This document shows, in pieces, positions 26,265 through 39,406 of a stretch of DNA of 64,000 nucleotides; positions within the stretch are counted from its first letter, which is position 1, and the number at the start of each line of letters is the position of its first letter. This DNA comes from Takakia lepidozioides (lineage: Eukaryota > Plantae > Bryophyta). The notes under the pieces are model-generated. The model saw nothing but the letters and a program-made list of their open reading frames with translations, searched no databases and had not been told where the DNA came from. Location of the stretch: the NCBI GenBank assembly GCA_030704615.1, contig CM060731.1:68510001-68574000 (forward strand), written 5' to 3'. The position numbers were made by a program, and so were the translations under genes.

Positions 26265-26690
26265 CGATATGGAGGTCTGGGTGGGCCTCATCGCTTTGAG
26301 CTATGCACCTCTTTTTCGAGCTATGGAAAAGTGCATTGTGACATGGAGAGAACTGGGATTAGCTAGAGATGGGTGTGTGCGTGTCCACAAATTGATGAAA
26401 TCCAGCTAGAAAAGGTTGTCTGGGTATATGAAGGAGGCAGGGTATATGCTTGATACCCGGTTTGTATTGAATGAAATAGAGGAGCAATAGCTATCATGTT
26501 TGCTTTGTCAGCATGGTGAGAAGCTGGCCTTTGCTTTTGGGCTGGTCACACATCTCCTGGTATTTGTGTTATCAGGGTGTGTCATGACTCACCACAGAGT
26601 CATTTCGAAGATTGTTGGCTGGACAGTTGTGAACCGCCACTTTGACGGTATGGTTGTCGAAACAAGCATGAGATCTGATAGTCAGTACCT
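26265..26690 (+). pseudogene. PPR E+/DYW-domain remnant
   Basis: MKEAGYMLDTRFVLNEIEEQ*..LCQHGEKLAFAFGLV...ISKIVG..V.NRHFDG: a degenerate DYW deaminase (HSEKLA to HGEKLA), with CxxC disrupted, stops and deletions. Confidence 0.8.
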
Positions 26691-27113
26691 GCACACTTTC
26701 TGTGGCCGCCAATGGTCATGATCACAATCCAGTAAAATCAATCTGCTGGAGAGAAGTCGTAGAAAACCTTGTTGTGGAGTACTGTAGTTGTGGACAAAAG
26801 CAAGGGAACACCGCATGTGAAAAAACTCAGGGCACTCGGAGCGTGATTTTGTATGAGGCCCACACAGTAGGGTATCTCATACACTTTGGAGCTGTATTCC
26901 TTACATTCCTCAAGAATAGGGGTACTGCAATTGGGAGGTTGAGATATAGGAGAGGAGATGGTGCTGAAAGATGCGTAAGATGTATATGCTGATACAGGAA
27001 GGAAGCGAAAAGAATAGTAGAATGGGTCGTGGAAAGACCAGAAACAGAAACAGTACCCAGATGTAGATGGTCAGGTGCATGTTACACCCCATTCTATGCT
27101 CCTTCTCATTCTG

Positions 27114-30100
27114 TTACTTGCATGATGTCAACAATGAATTGACCACATGAATAACTAGCCTCATTGGATTTGTAGATTCTCCCCCAGGGCTTAAGAGAAG
27201 CATATGCCTGTGCAGGTGTTGGTAGAGTTGGTCCAAGAAAGGGCGCATTTGTGAGACCAGCATGGGGTCAGTGGGATTGAGGGCCAACACAGCCTCCTGG
27301 ATCCATGTCAGTTTCCGTACAGTGTCCTTCCCTAGATCACAGCCCAGCTGCTGCACTAGTGACAGTAAGACTCCTTGGCTTAGTGGAAGGGGTGATGTTG
27401 CAAACAGTGGGAGGGGGTCCACCTGTAGAGAGACCAATTGGCACATCAGTTAACAACTTTGGATGAAAGTAAAACAGGTGCTGTGGAACTCAGACACAGG
27501 TGGATCAAACCCTTGGGTGCTCTTTTAGAGCCAATAGGACCCTGACATGCAAGAGCTCTCATAATTACAACAGATGGTACTCTGAGCTTGAGCAACAGTC
27601 TGACCTGATTGCATAGCCAAGATACGACTGTAACATCACTGAGAGACAGGGCTTTGTTGAAGGCCTCCTCAAGCTTGTGCTCACTCACTAATTTCTTCAA
27701 TTTGAGTGTTGGATCCAGTGATTCCTCCAAGTGCTGCAGTAATAGCTCCTGCCAGTTGTTCTTTCCAAGGATTAGATAATGATGGCCATTCGATGTGCCA
27801 CATGTGAAACCACTCCCTTGGCCAATTGGTCAATATTTCAGTAACTACATGAGCTGCTTTCAGGCTCACAGGATACAATTGGTTAAAGTGAGCCTATTCT
27901 AGGAGAATAACTGGAAGATGAACACCGTTGATTTTATTTGTACTTGTAACCCAACTTTTGAAGCATGGTTGATCCTTGTGTGGCAAGTTTCCATCTAACC
28001 CTATGGTTAACACCCGCAATGTAAACGTCGAATAATTATTAAATTCTGGATGTCGAAAATAGATCAAGATATGCAGCAGTGAAAGAGCAAGCAACCATGG
28101 GACACCGAGTCAGCCATCGCAACAATTCAAAGACTTCTATTACAAAGGGAGGTCAATGAATACCTTGTCAAGCAGTGGCCCATTGGTTTGGTTGGGTATG
28201 AGTTGGTTACATGCTGCATTTTTGCCTGCATTCTCCATAAGTACCACCAATTTCTTATGGCTATCTGTAAGTTCACTCTTCAATGAAGCTGCGAGTGATG
28301 ATGCTGATGCAATTGTATCCTGCACAACTCAAAACGGTCACACCAAAACTACCTGTGGGTTAACCATAGATGTAGATAACTTCTTTGGGTGCTAATCCAC
28401 GGCTGTGGGGCTTCAAACAATATGCAGCAGTTGGATGCATTAGACAAGGTTATAACGAACAGCCTCACAACTCAATTGAATTGAGAAAAATTGTGAATGG
28501 AGATCAAAGGGTTGGGAAGGAACACCTGCAGCATAGAGGCAAGAGCAGAGTGCGACAAGGTAAATTGTTGTTGGGCATGGGATGTATATTCAGCCATTCC
28601 ACGCTGGAAGGCAGAATCCACTTGCTCAAACATGCCCTGACATGAACGCTCAAATGCAGGAATGAGTGAGCCCTCGAAGGACTTCTTAAATGCAACCTGC
28701 ATTAACACAACATCACAGTAAGGGACATCCGTATAAAAGTGAGATAAAGACATTGTGTTGATCTGCTTGTAGTGGGCTCAAACGACGAACCTGCAATGCT
28801 TGCCCGCCTGTGGTCTGGGACTGGGTCTGTAGCTGTTGAGAAATTATCGACTCCAGCTTGGCTCCCACCATGTTCTCTAACTGGGGTAACTTCTGTACAA
28901 CCATCCAGCCCACCCCACTTCTCAGTCAAATGATTGACCAGTCCTTGTTCTTCTGCCTTAAAACCATAATGCTGATTCCAGGCAGTGCTGCTATAGCCCC
29001 ATGTCTGCAATAGGGGTCATACTGCCCTTGTGGCCTTCAAGCCCTGCCCCTGGCTTGGACGGAGTGGAGAGGACAGCAGGAGATTATTATGGGGGAAAGC
29101 CGCAGCACCGTCAAACAACATAGAATAAGAAGAGACAACCAGAAAGCACATCAATGCACCTCAAATGTGGTTAAAGATGGAGTGCCTCATGCGCCAAACA
29201 AATCTGCTCCTCTGCCAAAGACAGGAATCTAAAGATGTACCCCAGTATTGTGCCCAGTCTCAGTCACAACCAACTTTCGCAAGGTGCCAAAAGCTCTCGT
29301 GATGAACACGGAGAACTGCCCAGAGAAAGAAATGGACTACGGCCGTCAGAAGTGCAAGGGACGAAGTATTACCAAGGACAAAAGAGAGACGGTCACCTGG
29401 AAAGCGTCAGTGATCGCTGTGGAGATTGCTTTCTGCAGAGGGGGTACAATGGCCTGGCAGAAAGTGGGGCCAAGAGCCACATACTCTTTCTTCAACCCCC
29501 GGTCCAAAGTAGTTGGCATTTCATTACTGACAAAACTAGTAAGAAGTGTTGTCACCTTCTGCATCCTGTCATGCTCTGCTTTCTCTCCCTTAGCGTTCTC
29601 TTCTGCCAGAAGGGCCCACATGGCATCTACATGTGCTCTTGGTACTTTCTCCACTTGCTGACCAAGCGCCCCTAAGGCAAGAACATGGATATACAGACCA
29701 ACACCACACAAGGAATGAGAAGGATTTCACATCAACAAACAAATCAAATCATCAATAGCTAGAAGAGCTTATTAACTACCAAGGACTGTGACATGGGCAC
29801 CTAAATAAATTGCTTCAACGCAGAGATCGCTGAAGAAAGTTTACCAACAGGACTACGACGGACGTCACCTTTCTCCTTTTTTTAACGCATAACTTTGACA
29901 CTGCATGGTGATAGAACTATCCAATGTGACGGTTCGGAAAAGGTCAATGCCATACCTTCCATGCGCTTGCTTTCCTTAGCAACTGGTACGGCCACCATCA
30001 CCATCAGCTGCTTCTGTAATTCCTTCTGCATTTTGATGAACTGAACCACTCTCCACCCAACAAACACTCCCAGTGAGTGGCCAGGTGTGATTCACCTTTG

Positions 30101-32537
30101 AAGAGCTATGGCTTTAGGCTCAGCCTCAAGATTTTAAAAGTTGGTGAATAGAGGTGCAGGGACAATGTTCTTGATCGTCCTGAAGAGGGTCACTCTCTGG
30201 TGAGAAAATCAGAAAATAGATATTTTCAGGCTGCCCGCACATCGGGCAATTACAATCGCCTCTTCTCTGCATCTGTTTATTGTTCACAGGTAGGCTTCCT
30301 GCCCTGAGTTTAATTTCAGTCTAGTACCAAGGGCAGGTACGCCCTTGGAATCATCCTTAAGGTCCTCACCTTTGCCACAGACTGGAAACAAGTTCAGGGA
30401 AGATTTATGCCTAACTTCATTTAGAGAGATTTTGTGCTCATAAGAAGTCGTTTGCCGTAGCCTTGTGGCCATTGACCCCGCGCTCAGTTTGAGCGGAACA
30501 CAAAGGGACAGAAACTACCTTTGTCGGGGGCTGACGCCAGTAGTATGACTTACCTTGGACAGACAATTAATCCGAGTTTTCCAGATATCCTCTAGAAATC
30601 CCTTCACACAAGCATCAATCTGCTGTGTGTGGTTTTGCCCAATAACTAGGCCCCAAAAGGGCCTGGGCTTTTGGCTCAGCCTCGAGACTGTCTAAGTTGG
30701 TAACAGAGGTTCAGGCACAATTCCCTTGATGGATTTGAAGAGGGCATCTCTCTCATGAGAGTCACCAGGACAATGAATAAGAAAATGTATATTCTCTTCA
30801 GGTAGCCCACACAATGGGCAAATGCAATCCCTCTTTCCTCTCTGCATCTGTTTGCTGTTCAAAGGTAGGCTTCCGCCCCGAGATTAAATTTCAGTCTAGT
30901 GCCAAGGGTGGGTAAACCCTTGAGGTCATCCATGATGGCCTCTCCTAAGTCACAGACTGGAAACAAGTTCAGGGAAGTTTCTGCCTAACTTCATTTTCAT
31001 CAGACAATTTCCTGGCAACAGACATGGCTTTGGACACTACAGCCTCGAAGATTTATCCAGCAGGGAGGCTTAGATTCAGATCCTTGAGAATCTCTTCTAC
31101 TCTCTTCTGCCAAGACTTAGCCTGTTTGACAGGCGATCCTGCTTCCAAGATATAGACTCGATTAACTTAGGATATCTGATATTAGACATATATTGCGCTG
31201 ACCCCCTAGAGATTGTACTCATAAGACGTTGTTTGCCGTAGCCTTGTGGCCATTGACCCCGCGCCCAGTTTGAGCGGGAACAAAAGAGACAGAACCTACC
31301 TCTGTCAGGGGCTGACGTTGGTAGTAAGACTTACCTCCATATATAGAATTAATCCGGGTTTTCCAGATATCCTCTAGAAATCCCTTCACACAAGCATCAA
31401 TCTGCTGTGTGTGATTTGCCCAAAAACTAGGCCTCAGGAGGGCCTGGGCTTTTGGCTCAGCCTCGAGACTCTCAAAGTTGGTAAACAGGGGTACAGGCAC
31501 AATTCCCTTAATAGATTTGAAGAGAGCGTCTCTTTGGTGAGAGAACCCCGGACAGTGTATCAGAAAATGAATACTGTCTTCAGATTGCCCACCATCCTCG
31601 AGGAGTTGATTGATGAAAACATTGAAGAGCAGAGGGGAGAGAGTACATCCTTGAGCTACACCTTGGTCTATGTCAAAGAAGTTGGACTTCTGTCCGTTAA
31701 CAGTGACACAGCTTTTGGTGTGAGCATACAAGTATGGACAACTCTCCACATCTTTCCCTTGATCCCACAAGACCAGAGGCGGAACCATAGGCCATCTCTC
31801 CACACTGTGTCATAAGCCTTTTTGACATCCAGGAAAAAGACATAAGTGGGTTTCCCTTCTTTTTTCCTTCCCTGGATAATCTGGCTTAGAGTGAAGATAT
31901 GATCCACACAGCCCCTGTTTCGCCGAAAGCCAGCTTGGCCTTCGTGGAAACAACCTCTAGACTCCAGATCAACCTCGAGACGAGTACTTATAACACTGCA
32001 GAATGTCTTGCCAACAGCATTGAGGAGCGTGATGCCACGGTAGTTCCCCGGTTCTTCTCTGTCACCCTTCTTGTATAGATTGACAATGACCCCCTAGAGA
32101 GAGAGAGAGAGAGAGAGAGTGTGTGTACTCATGCCATTCCCTGTGAACGTTGGCTTGTATTAGCCTTACAGCCATTGACCCAGCAGGAAACTAACCCTTC
32201 CGGAGCCTCTTGTAGGGTTCACTCCCACCAGGGTTTAGCTTATCCCCACAGCTCAGCTGCAGCTGTTTTCCTGCAACTGTCATAAAGTGCTCGCAGAGGC
32301 ACTTGTCCACATGCAAACTCGATAGCCCCATTGCGGGGTTATTGATTTTAGTTTTATAGACCTGCGTTTACACAGAAATGACATGCATGGGGAGGTTTTG
32401 GAGGCTTCTGCCCATCACTCTGGGTTGTGTGCAGGGCAAAGAGAGAGAGATTGTACTCATAAGACGTTGTTTGCCGTAGCCTTGTGGCCATTGACCCCGC
32501 GCCCAGTTTGAGCGGGAACAAAAGGGACAAAAGGAAC

Positions 32538-32568
<31 letters not shown>

Positions 32569-35500
32569 TCTAGACATGAAAACATAACTCTTACCAGGGG
32601 GAGAGACAGATAACGACCTACCTGCTTGAGAGAGTCATGCATTGAAGCCACCTGTGCAGCCAGCCTGCAGTCCAAAGAACCCATGTTCAACTTGGAGCTT
32701 GTCTCCCCTTCCATCATAGCAGCAGGGGTGGGGGCTGGCTGCAGCGATGATTGGAGGGCCCCAGCTCCACTTCCATTTGTCTTGTTCTTGGTTTTCCTCC
32801 CCTTCACAACTGCAGATGTCTGAGTGAGTGTGGTTGAGACTTCCGCACCTGATCCCCCTCCACTCCAGACCATATCTCTCGAATGCTCTTGGACATCATC
32901 TGCACCATAGGGCTCCTCTCCGTCCTCCGCAATCCCACCCCGTTTGGCCTGTTTAGCTTCCTCACTTACATATGATTTGTGGAGCGTGAATGGAGAGGAA
33001 GGTAAGCTCTGAGACGGGCCTGCCAAATCCCTCTCACTGTGGCCTGCTTGTACCTTCTCACCTAGTTTGGACTGACGACATGCTGAGTAATCTCTTGCTC
33101 CAGCTTCTACTTTAGCATCTACAGCCTCTGATTGGACTGCTTTGATTTCTACAACGGTCACAGCCTCAGTCTTCATACTTTCTGCAACTGGAACCGGCCT
33201 TATCACTTCTAGATTTTTCTCTCCATTGATGGGCCCCTCTGCAACACCTGAACTAGGGACAATGTCTGTTTCAAAGGCCTTGGAAAGGGCTGTGAGGGAC
33301 ATAAGTTCTGAAGGGGTTATCAAGTGGAGTGGGGTGGAGCTGGTGTGCCGCTGTGAGCTGGCAGAAGCACCACCTGATTGTCTTTCCTGATCCTCTTTCT
33401 CCAGTGATACTTCTACCATGGAAGTGGTGCTAGGTGAAGATGACAATCTATTTACAGGTTCTGCTCCCTTTATCACTGCCGACATGCTCCCCACAGACTC
33501 ACTGAGCTTTCCATACTGCTGTCTTACAGATCCAGTTGAGACACTTGATGGTAGTATCACGTTTTTGGTAACAGCTTGAATGACTTGCGTGGTTGCCAAT
33601 AAAGGTTTCCCTCGATCAGCTTTGGGTTCTTTTGCTGGTGCTACAGTGCCAACTGTGATGGTCTTCATCAATTTGGTCATCTCTGTCGTCACATGTAATA
33701 TGTCACTGTGACCCCCCTCCAGAAGATGTTCAAGACGTGGTGGAATAACAGCAGTCGGGACATTGTTGAAGCCAGTTCCAGCCGTGTTTACCCTAGTCAC
33801 CACACCAGTGTACACCTTCTCAAGCTTTGGGGAACCTGACAGGCTTGGAGCTCCTGATTCTGGCAACCCAACAGAGTCTTCTTCCAGAACAGATGAGACT
33901 TCCTTAGAAACTTCTCCTGTGGGAGGAGGTAAGCACTGGGACACATGAAGGGCATACTGCTGGATCGCTTGTGTTTGCACACAATAGACCTGGACTGTCC
34001 CTTCCCCTCGGTCTGTTACTGTTTCCTCTGTGACTCTCAGACTAAGGATTGGCATTGTCAGGGTAAATTCAGCCAGATAATCCATATGGGCAGCCCTTGG
34101 GTTGGATCCTAATGCAACGTGTATAACATAAATTGCATTCCTCTTTGCATTTGCAACCAGGATAAGGCTGGCCCGGGGAGCCACGACCACCTTGTTGAAG
34201 AATGCAGTCTCTTCAGCAGCAGAGCTCTGAAATACCAGTGTCTGTGTGCACTCCCAAGATGTGCTGCCAGACCTGGAGGGTAACACATCTGACTTTGGTG
34301 CCCACAGTTTCAACTCCCGATTGACGTGGATTCCCTGTTATCAAACATAAGAATACTGATTCCATCCAATTTAAACCATATCGCCTTCCCCCTTGTCTTC
34401 TCTTTCTCTCAGTTACTTCCACATGACATTGGGCTGTTCTCTGCGTGCATTTTACCAAGTGACACCCATAACAATGGTAAAGCTCCCTGCTACTCTATTT
34501 CTCTGGCCTTGAACCAGGACCACATGAAATCAGAAAACTCATAACAAATGGGACGTGAATGTGATTGAAGGGTACCGCAGTTAGCAGGACGGACTGCTCA
34601 GGGTGACGGGGAGCCGATAAAAAGGCCACTGCACCCACAGATTCCCCTTCATGTGGGGTGAAATCTGAAGAAGGGTTCAACTTCTTCTCTCCCCATACTC
34701 GGACCTGGTTTTCTCCATATAGTACACACGAAACCTGGTCAGATTTCACTGACCAGCCAATGCTTGATTTGGACCATAAACACACTAATCTGGGCACCTC
34801 TTTCCCTACAAGCATGTCAGGAGTAAAAACAGAAGACAATCCGAGCCTGTTCAAAAGAGGTGAGTACTTTGAGAGGGCACATATGTGCACAAGGGTACCT
34901 AGAAGGCCTGAGCCACCCACTAGGTAAGACCCACAGATGAGGAGACATGGTTGCATAGGCTCCAAAATCAGCTACAACAATAATTGCTCATTAGTTCCCT
35001 GCTTTCCCCTTGGCTACATAGTTAAGGCTGGATCCTGACATAGTTAGATTTACAATTTCTTGGGTTGCATTTCCTCCCGATGTAGACCACATGCCCTTGG
35101 GCGTGAGACGGAGACCGAATGAGGAAACGAGATAGAGCTGCAGACAGGTAATTGAGCCGCAAGATTCTATCTTCACGGAGGACCAAGAATGTCTCCCACT
35201 GCAGTATTTGTTGGAAAGAAAGAAGAAAGCTTTATAGTGTTCACAGGGGGCCGTGAGGGGCCAGAGAGAAAGAAGTGACCAAGCCATCCTCGGAGGATGA
35301 TGCTATGTGACTGGATACAGTGTGGGACATTTCAAGGTTCAACACGAGCCTGACACAGAATTAGGTACATAGAAAGGGAAAAGAGGGAAGAGGGAAGAGA
35401 CCTTGCCATCGTGCGAGGATGATGCTATCTGCGTGGACACACCAGAGGGGATTGCTAAGTCAGTGATGTCCTCAACATGAGCACCAAGAATATTGATCCC

Positions 35501-37916
35501 TTCCAGTGGATTCTCTATATGGCATACCAAAGGATTCTGCATGTTGAAACCACCTGGTGGAGCAGCCAGCTTTACCTTCCGGACATCAATTGTCAGGACA
35601 TACTTGCCAACAGCTACAGCCAAAATGTCCTGCAGTAACATGCAAGTCCAAAAAGTTCAGGCAACTTCTTAGGTCTCTCTTGCAAGGAAGGATCGGAACA
35701 GTCATTGCTATGGAGTTCTGCAGGCATAGCACAGACACCACAAGGGAGTGAGGGAGAGAGGAGGAGAGCATTTATTTGTCTCTCACTTTCTCATTCCCTC
35801 ACCAAAATTGATTCACTTCCTCGTGAGCAGCATTAGGTGCTAGAAGAATTTTCTTCTTTAGCTACTTAGTGTCTGCATGTTTTGGGTCCAACTTGTCAAG
35901 CATGTCCAATTAATGTCATTCACTTACCAGATGAATCCAATGAAAACTAGCATACTCGATTCCTTGTTTAACTGAGCCAGTTGAGAATGCCCACTAGGAG
36001 CCAGAAGAAGCTAAAGGTGAAAAGAAATCAGGCCTGTAATTCCTAAGGTGCAGCTCTTGCTCTTAGCCAAAGGCTCAGAAACACATCCCCTGACAGAGAT
36101 GTAAACCAACAAATACGCAGTCACGTTTGCATTGATGTTTAGAATTAACCACCATCAGATGATCAAACAAAGAATTCACTCTTTTAACCTGATAATGAGG
36201 ATGCCAGTGAAGGAGGGGATGACATGATTCCCAGTCATCATAAAATTGTAACGCCAGAACAAGTTGGTCACTGATTAGTACTCTGCCATCACTCACTCGG
36301 CCCTGAACGATATTGCGTACAATAATACGGCCATCTGTGCTTGCACTGTGATACACAAATAAACCGATTCAACCATGAACTGAGACCCATTTGCAGAAAA
36401 GGACTTCAGCTTAAAATCAAACATGAGTGTTCAACAACTCTTCCAGTCAACCATTTGAAAACAAAAATGTGGTGTGAACTGTCCTGCCAATGATCATCTT
36501 CTCCTTCATAGTTACATTAGTTTGGTTCAAACTGCAGATAACATGTAACATGTAACATATAACATGTTAGTCCCATGTAACATGCATATATTTCCTTCTC
36601 ATCAGCCAGTTGCAGTAGCCTTGTCATCAACTGCTTCTGTTCAGTTGCCAATCTAATAGGTTCAATCCATCAACCAGTACCCCTCTGAGGCAAGCACAAC
36701 ATGTACTTGCTTAGATAGAGGAGCACTTACATATATTTTACCCTGCCCAATTGACAAAAGCTTGTAGAACCCCAAGCACCAGAAATTCCAGGTACCTTGC
36801 AAGTAGATTCACATCCTCTGCAAAGAAAGCCATATCCGTCACCCTCTGCCACATGTAAGAACCATCAATATGGGTAATATCCTCGAGAAGATGAGTTACA
36901 GTTTAAGGGCAAGACATTGAGATGATGAAGCCCAGTCCTTTCGATGCTCTTGTTTTCAGTCTGTATTGCTCACAATTTGTATTGGACAGACTACTTTTGG
37001 AGTAACAGGAACGGGGCAAAGAGAAAGATCAGCATTTGGGTAAATACATATTCAGAAACACTAAAATATGCTCATTGCAAATGACCAGACAGGTTTACAG
37101 TTTTCAAAACATATAGAGTCATTAAGTAATCCAAATGCTGGGCATCGGAAAGCCATCCAAGAACAATTGTGGGCCAAAGGATTGACTCACTTCTGTATGG
37201 CCACGAAGCAGGGCTCGTAATGAGGTGTTAATATTGAGGATGCGAATAGTGGCCGCCTGAAGCCCATAGCATATGTATTTCCTGTTTACTGCAATCTGTC
37301 TTCCCACCCCTAATACTGGATCGAATCCATGCACTGTAATTGGACTAACTTCCAGCTGTGGTTTGGCTTCCCCAGGGTTGCGCACATCCACATTGTACGC
37401 AATGCGTTCTCCAGTCAGGTGCCGCCCTCGTGGTGGCTTAGTGTGGAGTCTATTCAGTGGAGAAGAGGGAGCCAAGTTGACTGGTGGAGCTGTCGATGCC
37501 GGGGCTATGGCAGGAGGAGGGACAGAGACATCTACTGCAGAAGAGGACAAAAACTCATCGGAGCTTGGGGGATCTGGTCCCAACAGAGAAAGGATTTCGT
37601 TGTCATTGACATAGCTTTCACTCCCTGACTGTGTGGTCAAGAGAGCCATGAGGCGTTCACCATCCAAGGGACCACTCAAAGCTGGGCTAAGGCCACTAAC
37701 TTTTCTAAGGGGGATCAAAGGAAGAAGGGGTTTCTGAGAGGAACCTGAGGTGGATGCCAAGAATGGAGAGGATAGTGATTGATTGAAAGGAGATGCCGAA
37801 TATGGTGGTGGTTGTGGTCCATGTTCCTGTGTATGTGGGAGGTAGGGGAGATAATAAGGGCTGGTTTTGAAATAGCTCTGTGTATCGAAACCGCCTGAGG
37901 TGCCAATCGCTCCCAT
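27114..37916 (-). CDS. VCS: VARICOSE / enhancer of mRNA decapping 4 (EDC4/Ge-1), multi-exon WD40 protein
   Basis: Exons: 37916-37191 (PQLEVSPIT..GRQIAVNRKYICYGL..LRALLRGHT), ~36846-36796 (RVTDMAFFAEDVNLLAS), ~36348-36189, ~35629-35402, ~34707-34576, ~34334-32641 (NRELKLW..LILVANAKRNAIY..DYLAEF..PILS..VQVYCVQTQAIQQYAL), ~30040-29957, ~29672-29397, ~28920-28791, ~28696-28526 (LIPAFERSC..MFEQVD), ~28319-28164, ~27735-27605 and ~27422-27114 (PLPLSQGVLLSLVQQLGCDL..HVVNSLLTSCK*). Confidence 0.93.
30095..32560 (-). mobile_element. Head-to-tail stack of RTE-X-like LINE copies in one VCS intron
   Basis: Copies at ~30095-30424, ~30431-31205 and ~31213-32095. The last carries RT motifs PGNYRGITLL, QAGFR, FLDVKKAYDTV and GVAQGCTLSPLLFNVFI, joined by deletion to the zinc-finger tail. 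Variant 3' tip at ~32120-32185 and 3' tip at ~32451-32540. Junctions lie at GA runs. Confidence 0.88.
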
Positions 37917-39406
37917 CGAAATTGTCTGGAGCTCTCCAAATTCTTTTGTTCTGCGGTATTACTACGGTTTAGAATACTTCGTGCGGTTCGTGGAACTGAC
38001 CAAGAATGCAGACGAGCTATCCCACAGGGAAATGACACTTTTGTTGGTGTTCAAGACAAACTTTTCCCGTACACAATCCTTCCCCCACAACAAACCCGAC
38101 AGCCACTATCCGTAACGCAGTATGAATGATGAGGTAATTCGGTGAGATCAACCAACCCGCGACCTTCAACCCAGGAATGATAGTAGTATCTCCTCAATTA
38201 TCTCGAGGAGGAGCTCCTGACCTACGGTCGAGCAGACTGAACTCCCTGAGCAACTACTGCGTGCTCCTCAGCCAAGAACACCCCTATCGTCTAAATACAC
38301 CGACCTAAGCTGAGTCACATTGTCAGACTCAGCTTCACCACACAGCAAATCTGCGGCGGCGCGACTTACAGCGCGATTGTAGGAGATGGGTTAATTCCCA
38401 GGCATTTTCTTGTTGGGTAGTTCGAGTCTGGTGGACTCGAGGGACGTTTTCTTCTATTGGAGGGTAAGGAAGTTTGATGGCGGGCGATTATTCTTCTCTC
38501 TGCCAAGTATCTTTCATCTTTCAGGTGCGTAGTATACTCGAGAGAGCTTATGACTCAGAAACGTGTAGTTATGGAAAGGTTGGTGTCTGAGTAACCAGTC
38601 TTTCCAAAACTACACGTTTTTGGTTCATAGACTCTCTGGAGTATTTGTTTTCTCCGCCGTAATGAAGCAGCACCGTAGTATTCAGACCCATCATCTTCCA
38701 TTGCCGAGGTGTGCCGTTGTACAGGCGAGAACGGCCCAACACTACTCTTCTTTGGTCTCTCAAAAATGACACCAAGTGTGACTGGGGGAGAGTTTATGCT
38801 CGGAATTTGTGACTGCCAGCTGAGGAATTGATAGTTGCATATCCAGCAGAATAGAAGAGGGCGCTTCATCAGGCTGCGAGACCTAACTTCAGAAGATCAG
38901 CCTCATCTCGTCGGCATAGAAAAAGCACAATCTTCACCCTTTGAACAAAACATAATATCCGAGGACTACCTACTTCTTCCATCTGAAGAAGACTTCATAA
39001 GCTCTCCTCCATGGTATCCCACCCCACCACCCACGTTGTGCACGCCAAAACCACAACTTCTAATCTCGACTGAGATTGATGATTCCCGTCCACAATAATT
39101 GGCCGTGTCTCTCCTAACAAGAAGTTGCCTGCATGAGGAGCAACTCCCCTCCAAGCCGTATAGATTACACTGTAGCAATCATATAAGATAGCCTCAGATG
39201 AGATGAGGACAGAATCAAGGGGGGTCAGCGACCACCGCCCCTGTAGCAAATTTTTGTAACTAGTCACCCGAGCTCTCTTGGGGACAAAATGCCAACTAGA
39301 AATCTTGTTCCACAGTAGTGTCATGCAATCAAGTTTCATGCTATTAAGTTCCATGCTTGTCTGATCTTAAGACTGCCGAATTCTGTGAATTCAACCTACC
39401 TCGAGT

